Shown piece by piece: positions 1 to 8,090 of a stretch of DNA of 64,000 bases (within the stretch, counting starts at the first letter, position 1; each line of letters begins with the position of its first letter). A program made the translations under genes and the position numbers. Under the pieces are notes generated by a model, which saw only the letters and a list, made by a program, of their open reading frames with translations, did no database searches and was not told the origin of the DNA. The stretch comes from Lachnospiraceae bacterium (GTDB lineage: Bacteria; Bacillota; Clostridia; Lachnospirales; Lachnospiraceae), in contig JAIEEY010000076.1 of the NCBI GenBank assembly GCA_029067205.1, forward strand, positions 25 to 64,024. Direction: 5' to 3'.

Positions 1-6
1 GAAGTT

Positions 7-812
7 TTGGCACTGACAAAACAGCAGGAGGAAGATTTGCAGCGTCTTGCGCAGCTGAGACCAATCGATGACGACTTTATGCGCTGTCTCCTTAAAGACA
101 ATATCCCGTTAGCTGAATTTGTGCTGCGTATTATCACAGACAAAAAAGATCTGGGGATTACTGACTGTGAGACACAGCGGGACATGAAGCGGTTGGCAGG
201 TGCACGTTCCATCTGTTTGGATGCGTATGGGACGGATGCAAACGGGAAAAAATATGATCTAGAAATACAAAAGGCTAGTGACGGAGCAGACCCACATAGG
301 GCAAGATACCATTCCAGTGTGATGGATGTCGAGAACCTGCATTCTGGTCAGGATTTTAGGGGGCTGCCGGATATGTACATTATATTCATTACGGAGAAAG
401 ATTTTTATGGAATGGGGAAGCCAGTCTATGCAATAGAGCGGATGAACCTTGCAACAGGAAAACCTTTTACAGACGGGGAACATATCCTGTATGTCAATGG
501 TGAGTATCGTGGAGATTCCGAGTTAGGAAAGCTTATGTATGATTTCAACTGTACGAAAGCAGATGATATGAATTTTGAACTGATGGCAGAGCGAACGAGG
601 TTTCTGAAAGAAAATCCAGAGGGGTGAGAACGATGTGTAAGATCATGGAGGACATGAGGGATGAAACGAGAAATGAAACGTTGAAAGAGAGTGCAGTGAA
701 CACAGCTAAACGAATGATAGCAGCAGGAAAGTATGTTTTGGATGAGATTGCTGATATTTCAGGACTTTCTCTTGATGAAGTGGAGAAATTGCAGGCAGAA
801 AAAAAAGCATAG
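7..812 (+). pseudogene. Rpn-family / PD-(D/E)XK nuclease-like ('transposase_31/PDDEXK_2') gene split by a -1 frameshift at 621-624 into a 206-aa N-terminal part (7..627) and a C-terminal part (624/633..812)
   Basis: Motifs DDDFM, LDAY...KYDLEIQ and RARYHSS in ORF1. ORF2 has the typical Rpn tail (MCKIMEDMR..AKRM...EIADISGLSLDEVEKL). One extra G in the GGGG run restores ...ENPEGVRTMCK... Confidence 0.8.
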
Positions 813-864
813 GAAAGTTTCAGTGAATATGCAGTGGGATATTAATGTAGTTAAATAATTGCGT

Positions 865-901
865 AAAAACAGGAGGAGAGCAATGTTTCCTCTTGTTTTT
901 T
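865..901 (+). terminator. Intrinsic terminator after the Rpn gene
   Basis: aaaaacaggagga...tcctcttgttttt stem with T-tract. Confidence 0.6.
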
Positions 902-982
902 GAATATTTTTTCGTAATCAACTCCTACAGGAAATTAAAAAATTTGATTTCCGGTAGTGTCAAACGGTTTATAAAAAAACTG

Positions 983-1117
983 CCCTCTTTCTGCCTCTTA
1001 GAGACCATTATATTTGTGCTTCGCAAATCCCTGTCAAGCCTGAAATTAACGGGCTTTCAGCCCGGGCTTCAGAGATTTGGAAGCAAAATAACTGGTCACT
1101 AAGAGGTAGAAAGAGGG
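983..1117. repeat. ~135-nt imperfect palindrome (MITE-like element, possibly inserted in a hairpin)
   Basis: Outer arms 983-1007 and 1093-1117 pair over 25 nt with 2 mismatches. Pairing continues inward with bulges. Confidence 0.7.
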
Positions 1118-1134
1118 GGTAAAGGCACTGACTG

Positions 1135-1396
1135 CTCGAGAGGCTCTGGAAATTCGTAAGGGGGAACTGCGCACAAAATACTATGATGACTTTGGTATCT
1201 TCTGGAAACGGATTGATTCCATAATAGGAAGCGCGTCAAGTGAAAATAAAGGCAGGATTTCCAAACTTATCGGACAGAAGGTGCAACTGTTTGATGAGCT
1301 GGTTCCTGTGTGCAAAAATGCGTTTGCGAAAAGTAGCCAACAGGCTAGGAAAACTGTGGAATGACTTTTGGGCAAATCTTTTCGCTCGCCAGTATA
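1135..1396 (+). mobile_element. IS630-family transposase 3' remnant
   Basis: Translation across one frameshift gives LERLWKFV.(G)ELRTKYYDDF...IDSII, the C-terminal signature of DDE_3/IS630 transposases. No 5' part is present. Confidence 0.65.
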
Positions 1397-1530
1397 AAAG
1401 ACAGCAAAAAACCATGAAAGGAAGGGGAACTTTTTGGTTTTAACATCTAATAAACGCAAAAAACTCGTAAGTCCATAGTCCTTTATCCCTGTGAAATTGT
1501 GAATAAAATTTTAAGCATCAAAGCTGTAAT

Positions 1531-1553
1531 AAAGTGTACACTTTTGTTATAAT
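1531..1553 (+). promoter_or_regulatory. TA operon operator palindrome and extended -10
   Basis: Perfect palindrome AAAGTGTACACTTT (1531-1544) abutting TGnTATAAT (1545-1553). Confidence 0.65.
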
Positions 1554-1578
1554 AGGGGGTATAAAGGAGATGATCAAC

Positions 1579-2004
1579 ATGTTGATGCAACAGGCTACGG
1601 CTGTAAGGAAGGAATGGAGTGCTGTTTGCGATAGTGTTATTCACAATAAACCTAAATTCATATCAAGGATAAGAGATAAGATGTGGTTTTCTAATCTGGA
1701 GACGATGTCTGAAATATTGGAAATATACCAGTTTACGGCAGACAGGTATATAGAGGAGGATGGTTCTGTTACATTATCCCTCAATGAGATAGACCTTGTG
1801 GAGAATGGAAAAGATGAGGGAGAGGCACGCTTAAATCTTGGAAAGTCCATATTGGAATATTCGATTGATTACTACAATGAGTATGAATTATATTCACACA
1901 GCCCTAACAGAAAGAAGCATATACCTTATATATCTAAGGCGTTAATCATAGATAATCCTGAGAAGATAGGAGATATGTTACAATGCCAGGATGGAAAGAA
2001 CTAA
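1579..2004 (+). CDS. Putative antitoxin (Phd-like N-terminus plus HicB-like/DUF3832-type C-terminus)
   Basis: ATAVRKEWS..DSV..KP Phd-like start; EDGSVTLSL..IDLVENG; SD AAAGGAGATGA; overlaps the downstream toxin. Confidence 0.7.
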   Translation: MLMQQATAVRKEWSAVCDSVIHNKPKFISRIRDKMWFSNLETMSEILEIYQFTADRYIEEDGSVTLSLNEIDLVENGKDEGEARLNLGKSILEYSIDYYNEYELYSHSPNRKKHIPYISKALIIDNPEKIGDMLQCQDGKN

Positions 2005-2195
2005 AGAGATTTTGTGTTAAAGATGGTTGGGAATTGTATAAAAATACAGATCATTATTATTATCGTAAATATACTGAGACTGGTATACGGATGACAAAGG
2101 TTTCAAGGGGATTAGGCGAGATTCATGCAAATATGTGGCGAGAAATCTTAAAGAACCAGCTGCAGGTTACACAGGAGTATTTTAATAATTTGTAA
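1983..2195 (+). CDS. HicA-like type II toxin
   Basis: 70 aa, basic, ELKRF...DGW....TDH...TKVS.G..EI....W..ILK.QL pattern; overlaps the antitoxin. Confidence 0.7.
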   Translation: MPGWKELKRFCVKDGWELYKNTDHYYYRKYTETGIRMTKVSRGLGEIHANMWREILKNQLQVTQEYFNNL

Positions 2196-2480
2196 AACCC
2201 CCAGCAGAGCTGGAGAGACTTGTGGACAAAAGTGGAGATGAATGGAGTATCAGAATAAAAACCTCCGTTGTACAATAAATGTAGGTCTGGCAAACCACAT
2301 AAATACAACGGAGATAAACATGGATAATCAAAGTTTATCACATGGTCGCTATAATTGCACGTATCGTATTGTATTTTTTCCAAAATATTGGAGTAAAGTA
2401 ATGTTTGGGGCTTTACGAAAAGAGATAGGAGAAATATTAGGAAAGGTATGCAAAATGGAGGGTAGCAACTGTGCCAGATG
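2196..2480 (+). mobile_element. tnpA: Truncated IS200/IS605 element (end hairpin plus 5' part of tnpA from ATG 2320)
   Basis: MDNQSLSHGRYNCTYRIVFFPKY..KVMFG.LRKEIGEIL is the Y1 transposase N-terminus. It breaks off before the HUH motif. Hairpin ccagc-aga-gctgg at 2201-2213. Confidence 0.85.
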
Positions 2481-2520
2481 CTACTATGGACAATGATATT
2501 GAATGTACGGAGGAAACAGC

Positions 2521-2844
2521 ATGATCATCGAAGGAAACCAGAAAGAAAAAGATGCAATGAAAGCATTTCATGAAGGCAATCGGCAAAAAGGACTGGAATT
2601 ACAGGAAGAATTTGCAGCTGCATTCAGGGAGGAATATAAAAACAAGGATCATTGCCCATGCAAGAAAGCATGCAGATACCACGGCAATTGCAAGGAATGT
2701 GTTGCCATTCACAGGGCGCATCAGGAGCATGTTCCGAATTGCATGCGCCCGATCATAAATGCCAGGCTTAAACTGCTGTCGGAACTGACAGAACATACGA
2801 TAGCAAATGAAATAGAAGCGCCGCAGGAGATTTTAATCAAGTAA
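2521..2844 (+). CDS. Small Cys/His-rich conserved hypothetical protein (putative metal-binding)
   Basis: SD GGAGG; CPCKKACRYHGNCKECVAIH...HVPNC motif. Confidence 0.75.
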   Translation: MIIEGNQKEKDAMKAFHEGNRQKGLELQEEFAAAFREEYKNKDHCPCKKACRYHGNCKECVAIHRAHQEHVPNCMRPIINARLKLLSELTEHTIANEIEAPQEILIK

Positions 2845-2873
2845 GCGTTTGTCATGAGAAAGGAATTGATTTT

Positions 2874-3431
2874 ATGAAAGAATTAGTCAATGATCCTATA
2901 TACAAAAAATTAGCGGCAGATTATGACGAACTGCTATTAGATTACATATTGCTCGAAGCGTATGAGGGATATATGGGGGAGGAATCCCACAAGGAGGCCG
3001 TTATTGAGGCGATAACCCGTCTCAGTACAAGAGAGCGGGTTGGAAACTGCTATGATCGCAGAGTGTTTACGATCGAACCAGATAAAATGAGATGCGAAAA
3101 AATAGATGTAAATGATTTCTTTTTTGAAGGAAATAATGGTTATTGGTTATCACCAGAAGAAATCCTGTTCGAAGAATTTGCAGATAAAATGAATTATTGG
3201 TATGCTTTCTCTAATCCACCGTATACAATACCCTATACGGTGGAGGACTTCAGAAAGATCAACCACATGCTGTTTCCTGTTTCGCAAAAAAACTTGGAAA
3301 TCTATAGTTGGAATGATGATTTTTCGGACTATTTTGACGATGGAAAAGACTGGTGGGGAACCGCTTTGTGGAGTGTTTATGACAAAGCCATGCATCGGTT
3401 TGTTATAATCGGCGCGTCGTTAACGGATTGA
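2874..3431 (+). CDS. Hypothetical acidic, aromatic-rich protein
   Basis: 185-aa ORF with SD GAAAGGA; C-terminal W.DDFSDYFDDG..WWG...ASLTD. Confidence 0.75.
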   Translation: MKELVNDPIYKKLAADYDELLLDYILLEAYEGYMGEESHKEAVIEAITRLSTRERVGNCYDRRVFTIEPDKMRCEKIDVNDFFFEGNNGYWLSPEEILFEEFADKMNYWYAFSNPPYTIPYTVEDFRKINHMLFPVSQKNLEIYSWNDDFSDYFDDGKDWWGTALWSVYDKAMHRFVIIGASLTD

Positions 3432-3441
3432 CAGGTGGCAG

Positions 3442-3600
3442 ATGCGAAGGGTTAAGGTATTTTATTTGGCGGATATAAGGTGTTATTTCAATGAAGAAGT
3501 AAATGATCTTGTCGGTGCGATGCCTTCTTATGCTGGTAAAATTGATATATTTGTGAATATGATTACTGACAGTTATATGAAAGGTAATGAGGAAGAGTAA
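3442..3600 (+). CDS. Small hypothetical protein (52 aa, not in ORF track)
   Basis: AGGTGG SD, then MRRVKVFYLADIRCYFNEEVNDLVGAMPSYAGKIDIFVNMITDSYMKGNEEE*; fills the gap between co-oriented genes. Confidence 0.45.
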   Translation: MRRVKVFYLADIRCYFNEEVNDLVGAMPSYAGKIDIFVNMITDSYMKGNEEE

Positions 3601-3617
3601 ATAGAAGATATAAGGAG

Positions 3618-4829
3618 ATGATCTCAATGAGTATCAGGAATATCAAAGAAGAACCATTTACATGTGAAAGAGGAGGATTGACAATTCGCGGAATGCTGTA
3701 TTTTCCGGTAGATTTTACGGCGGACAAGAGATATCCTGTCGCGATCCTGAGTCATGGCTTTACGGGGAACTATACAGATATGACGGGATTCTGCCAGGAT
3801 TTTGCCAGAATCGGTTATTTGGCATTTTGTTTCAGCTTTTGCGGCGGAGGACGTTTTGGGGAACCAGAAGCATCGAAAAGTGACGGGAAATCGGCAGATA
3901 TGACGATCACAACAGAAATCGAGGATTTGATCACCGTGATGAATCATACCAAAAGTCTGCCTTTTGCAGATTACAATCAGCTCATATTGGTAGGACACAG
4001 TCAGGGAGGTTTTGTGTCAGGTCTGACTGCTGCCAGGTGCGGTGAGGCAGTGAAAAGGCTGATCATGCTCTCACCGGCGCTGTGCATTCCCGACCATGCC
4101 AGAAGAGGGTGTCTGGGAGGATCAAGCTATGATCCTGCAAAAGTACCTGAGATCATTGACTGTGGAAATACTGCGCTCGGCAGGGTATTTCATGAGGAAG
4201 TGGCTGGCATGGATCCGTTTTTGGAGCTCTCTGCATATCAGGGAAAGGTTCTGCTCATACATGGCACGGCGGATCCTGTTGTTCATTATTCCTATGCTGT
4301 TCGGGCAAAAGCAGGTTATCAGAAGGGACAGTGCCGTCTGCATCTCATAAGGGATCTGGGGCATGGGTACGAGGAGGATTCGCGTGAAAACGTGTTTGGT
4401 TTAATACGGCAGTTTTTGGCGGACAGGGAAGAAATTCTGACGATCCAGGTGTTTATCACGCACTGTGAGGAGCGCGGTGCAGGGGAGAATTGGAAAAATG
4501 ATGTCTATTTTACTGGCTATTGTGACACAAAATATTTTAAAGGAGCGATATCTCCTGAGGGGTGTGATGCACAGGAGTATTGTGCAGAAACTGGGGTTAA
4601 GATGCGGGCGGAATATACCCTGACAGGGATTGATGACTGTGGGGAGCGATGTTCTGTTCATATCGTGAATCAGAGAGCTGGTGCGGAGTGGAAACCTGTT
4701 GTACAGACGGACAGTCCATCACTGGCATGGATGAATCACGCTGATCTGACGGCGGTTCTTGAAGGAGGCGATGGGGGACTGAAAGTCAGGATATTTGCAG
4801 ATGACAGATGTGAAAACGTTTCAAAGTAA
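3618..4829 (+). CDS. Alpha/beta hydrolase (esterase) with C-terminal DUF3237-like domain
   Basis: HGFTG oxyanion motif, GHSQG nucleophile, HGTADPVV, GHG; ~130-aa extra beta-rich C-terminal domain. Confidence 0.85.
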   Translation: MISMSIRNIKEEPFTCERGGLTIRGMLYFPVDFTADKRYPVAILSHGFTGNYTDMTGFCQDFARIGYLAFCFSFCGGGRFGEPEASKSDGKSADMTITTEIEDLITVMNHTKSLPFADYNQLILVGHSQGGFVSGLTAARCGEAVKRLIMLSPALCIPDHARRGCLGGSSYDPAKVPEIIDCGNTALGRVFHEEVAGMDPFLELSAYQGKVLLIHGTADPVVHYSYAVRAKAGYQKGQCRLHLIRDLGHGYEEDSRENVFGLIRQFLADREEILTIQVFITHCEERGAGENWKNDVYFTGYCDTKYFKGAISPEGCDAQEYCAETGVKMRAEYTLTGIDDCGERCSVHIVNQRAGAEWKPVVQTDSPSLAWMNHADLTAVLEGGDGGLKVRIFADDRCENVSK

Positions 4830-4886
4830 AATGTTTAACAGGATTTCGGGAATTGAGCATATGAGTAAATAAGGAGACCGATATAA

Positions 4887-5513
4887 ATGAAACGAAAACT
4901 TAAGCTGATGAAATTTACAGGCATTTTTCTGGCAATGGTTCTTTTCGTGGCAGGCTGTGGAAAAACCTCTGCGGGTGATACAGATCAGGTAGATAACGTG
5001 GAGTCAGCCGCACCAGAGTCAGAAATAAATACAGGAGGTTATGAGGAAAGTATGCCAGTCGCTGAAACGGGATTCCCGGGTCAGATGCCTTCGTTTACAG
5101 CAAAGGATCTAAATGGTAATACAATTACAGAAGACATTTTTCGTGAGAAAGATTTGACTGTTGTAAATATATGGGGAACTTTCTGTCCGCCATGCATAGC
5201 AGAGATGCCTGAGCTGGGAGAGTGGGCAGACTCTATGCCAGACAATGTTCAGATGCTCGGGCTGATTATAGATATTTCTGGTGATGAGGATACCAAACAT
5301 CACGATCTGGCAGTGACAATCACGGAGAAGGCTGGTGCTAAATATACAAATGTTATCGCAAATTCTGATTTCAATGATGTCCTGAAATGGGTTGTGGGTG
5401 TACCTACGACATTATTTGTCGATAAGGAAGGGGCGATCATAGGTTCGCCGATTGTCGGGGCTGATGTGGAAGGCTATAAAACATTTGTGGAGGAGTATCT
5501 AAATGAGCAATAG
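4887..5513 (+). CDS. TlpA/ResA-like thioredoxin lipoprotein
   Basis: Lipobox VAGC; NIWGTFCPPCIAEMP; VPTT. Confidence 0.9.
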   Translation: MKRKLKLMKFTGIFLAMVLFVAGCGKTSAGDTDQVDNVESAAPESEINTGGYEESMPVAETGFPGQMPSFTAKDLNGNTITEDIFREKDLTVVNIWGTFCPPCIAEMPELGEWADSMPDNVQMLGLIIDISGDEDTKHHDLAVTITEKAGAKYTNVIANSDFNDVLKWVVGVPTTLFVDKEGAIIGSPIVGADVEGYKTFVEEYLNEQ

Positions 5514-5649
5514 GACGAAATGTTTTGCCAGAATGGTTATTGCAGTGATTGCCTGTGTGTTTATTGTGTATGGAACAGCAAGGGGAGAATTGGAAATCGT
5601 GCTGAACAAAGCGGTCAACATCTGCCTTGAATGCATCGGATTGGGGTGA
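5503..5649 (+). CDS. Small CXXC membrane protein (CD1871A-like, 48 aa; not in ORF track)
   Basis: SD GGAGGAG; MSNRTKCFARMVIAVIACVFIVYGTARGELEIVLNKAVNICLECIGLG*. Confidence 0.85.
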   Translation: MSNRTKCFARMVIAVIACVFIVYGTARGELEIVLNKAVNICLECIGLG

Positions 5650-5650
5650 A

Positions 5651-5706
5651 TAGTGTGAAATCAGAGATTTCACATGGCAAATTTGTGCAGAGGCACAAAT
5701 TCGCAG
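5651..5706. repeat. Partial copy of the palindromic repeat at 22617-22719
   Basis: tagtgtgaaat-N5-atttcaca...caaattcgcag shared with the 22.6-kb copy. Confidence 0.55.
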
Positions 5707-5740
5707 CTATATGGAAGTTAGCGGATTCACGGAGGTTGGT

Positions 5741-6589
5741 ATGAAGAGAAAAATCGTCCAGATCATCGCGTTTGGGTATTCCAATGCGCATCTTCTTAAT
5801 TTTAAGGGTGGAAAGAGATATCAGGGAAAATGGAAGCGCTTCTGTAATCCGGGACTGAACTGTTATTCGTGTCCGGCGGCAGGATTTGCCTGTCCGATCG
5901 GGGCATTGCAGGCGGTGAATGGTTCCATGGAGTTTCAGTTTAGCTTTTATGTGGTCGGTGTACTGCTGGCATTCGGCGTGCTTCTCGGGAGAGCAGTCTG
6001 CGGCTGGCTGTGCCCGTTTGGGTTGATACAGGAATTAATACACAGGATTCCATCTCCGAAATTGAAGTTGAAAAAGATATTTTTGTACCTCAAATATCTG
6101 GTTCTTGTCGTATTTGTCTTTGTGCTTCCGATCACAGCAACCAACTATATGGGCATGGGGAAGCCCGCTTTCTGCCAGTATATCTGTCCAGCGGGGACTT
6201 TGCAGGGCGGGATTCCGCTGCTTGGCACCCATGCGGAGCTTCGACAGACAATAGGCGCTCTCTTTTCCCTGAAAATGACGATCCTTCTTCTGACGATCGT
6301 GGGCTGTGTTTTGATATACCGCTTTTTCTGCCGCACGCTCTGTCCGCTTGGGGCGATCTATGGCATTATGAATAAGGTCAGTCTTTGCCATCTGGAAGTT
6401 GACAAACATCAGTGCATAAACTGCGGAAAGTGTAAAAAAATCTGCAAGATGGAAGTAGATCCTGTCCAAAAGCCGGATTCCGCCGAGTGTATCCGGTGCG
6501 GTGCATGTGCGCAAATCTGTCCGAAAAATGCGATTCATGTGGGAAAATCATTTCGTAAGACGAAACGTTTGACAAAAAAAGACAAGTAA
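5741..6589 (+). CDS. Membrane 4Fe-4S binding protein (NapH/YccM-like polyferredoxin)
   Basis: CGWLCP, FCQYICP, FFCRTLCP and two CxxCxxCxxxC motifs; TM segments. Confidence 0.9.
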   Translation: MKRKIVQIIAFGYSNAHLLNFKGGKRYQGKWKRFCNPGLNCYSCPAAGFACPIGALQAVNGSMEFQFSFYVVGVLLAFGVLLGRAVCGWLCPFGLIQELIHRIPSPKLKLKKIFLYLKYLVLVVFVFVLPITATNYMGMGKPAFCQYICPAGTLQGGIPLLGTHAELRQTIGALFSLKMTILLLTIVGCVLIYRFFCRTLCPLGAIYGIMNKVSLCHLEVDKHQCINCGKCKKICKMEVDPVQKPDSAECIRCGACAQICPKNAIHVGKSFRKTKRLTKKDK

Positions 6590-6650
6590 TGTCGGGACGC
6601 GAAAAAATCCGAATAGTATACTGTAATCACAGCGAAGGAGGCTGATGAAT

Positions 6651-7532
6651 ATGGAATGGACAGAGGCGGTCAGGGACGCGGTCAATTTTATCGAAAAGCA
6701 CATAACAGAGGAGATCACGATGTATGACGTGGCAGCGCATGTCAATGTGTCCCCGTTTTATTTTCACAAAGGGTTCAGTATCCTGTGCGGGTATTCCATA
6801 ACGGAGTATATCAGAAACCGCAGGCTGGCACTTGCCGGAGAAGAACTGCTTATCAGTGACATCACCGTTATGGAGCTTGCGATGAAGTATGGATATGACT
6901 CTCCTGACAGTTTTACCAAGGCTTTCACCCGTTTTCATGGACATTCACCTTCCATTGTGCGCAAGAATAAGACAATGCTCAAAGCTTTCGCACCGCTGAA
7001 ATTAACAATATCATTGAAAGGTGGTTACACAATGGATTACAGGATTACAAAGAAGGAAGCGTTTACGGTTTTGGCGGCATCGAAGGAGTTTTGCTATGAG
7101 AATGCAAAGCAGGAGATCCCACTGTACTGGCAGGAGCATTACACATCAGGGAAAGGAAAATATGTTTGCGGAATGTTTGGCATCAATATCGATCCACAGA
7201 TGGGAAATGAGCAGTTTGAGTATCTGATCGCAGATATTTACAATCCGTCCATGGATATTCCGGAAGGATGTGTGGTAAAGACAATTCCAGCGTTCACATG
7301 GGCAGTTTTCCCGTGCAAGGGAGCGATTTCGCAGACGTTGCAGGATGTAAATACCAAGGTATTCTCAGAATGGCTTCCGGCATTGCAGGATAGTGAGTTT
7401 GCAGCAGGGTATTGTGTTGAGATGTACGATGCGCCGGACAAATATCCCAATGGAACAGAAGATGAAAATTATTATGCAGAAATATGGATTCCGATTAAAA
7501 GAAGGCTTAGGAACTGTTGGAGGAGAAGATGA
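6651..7532 (+). CDS. AraC-family regulator with C-terminal GyrI-like effector domain (Rob/YdeE type)
   Basis: YIRNRRL...LAMKYGYDSPDSFTKAFTRFHG HTH; GyrI-like domain ending EIWIPI. Confidence 0.92.
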   Translation: MEWTEAVRDAVNFIEKHITEEITMYDVAAHVNVSPFYFHKGFSILCGYSITEYIRNRRLALAGEELLISDITVMELAMKYGYDSPDSFTKAFTRFHGHSPSIVRKNKTMLKAFAPLKLTISLKGGYTMDYRITKKEAFTVLAASKEFCYENAKQEIPLYWQEHYTSGKGKYVCGMFGINIDPQMGNEQFEYLIADIYNPSMDIPEGCVVKTIPAFTWAVFPCKGAISQTLQDVNTKVFSEWLPALQDSEFAAGYCVEMYDAPDKYPNGTEDENYYAEIWIPIKRRLRNCWRRR

Positions 7533-7993
7533 AGATAGAGAGATGTGAAAAAGAATCCTTTGTTGTGATTGGGAAAGAGGGTTCAACATTAGACGGTGAA
7601 GGTTTTATTCAAAAGTTATGGGACGATGCGAATTCCCATTTTGAACAAGTACAGCATCTGGCAAAGAAAGATGAAAGCGGAAATATCGTTGGAATATGGG
7701 GAGCAATGTCTGATTTATCCCGTTCCTTTCAGCCGTGGGAGGATTTTAACAAGGGGCTTTATCTTGCGGGAGTAGAATGTGGGGATGACGCAGAAGCTCC
7801 CGAAGGCTGGACAAAGTGGACGATTCCCGGGTATGAATATATTTACGTAGAATGCGAAAGTGATGATACTTTTTCAAAGGTGATCAAGTATCTGGAAGAC
7901 AATGTTATTCCACTGGTAGGCGCAGTCCACGACTTTACTTGCCCGCAGACAGGAAAAAATTATATGTTTTTTCCGATAAAAGAGATTCTATAG
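7529..7993 (+). CDS. Stand-alone GyrI-like small-molecule-binding protein
   Basis: FVVIGKEG..., YLAGVE, W.IP.YEY, MFFPI. Confidence 0.85.
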   Translation: MKIERCEKESFVVIGKEGSTLDGEGFIQKLWDDANSHFEQVQHLAKKDESGNIVGIWGAMSDLSRSFQPWEDFNKGLYLAGVECGDDAEAPEGWTKWTIPGYEYIYVECESDDTFSKVIKYLEDNVIPLVGAVHDFTCPQTGKNYMFFPIKEIL

Positions 7994-8004
7994 TTTCCTT
8001 TTAG

Positions 8005-8055
8005 GTATCAGCATAATTATTCTCTATTGAATAATTATGCTGATACGATTATACT
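8005..8055 (+). promoter_or_regulatory. Perfect 18-bp inverted repeat overlapping a sigmaA promoter of the ADP-ribosylhydrolase gene
   Basis: GTATCAGCATAATTATTC-N6-GAATAATTATGCTGATAC; TTGAAT(8027)-17-TATACT(8050). Confidence 0.65.
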
Positions 8056-8090
8056 ATTATTCAATGAAGCATAATTAAGGAGAAGAAGCG

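Noticed and set aside
625-627. Selenocysteine or read-through at the Rpn TGA
   Set aside because: The same frame stops again within ~10 codons, and the homologous tail is in the -1 frame.
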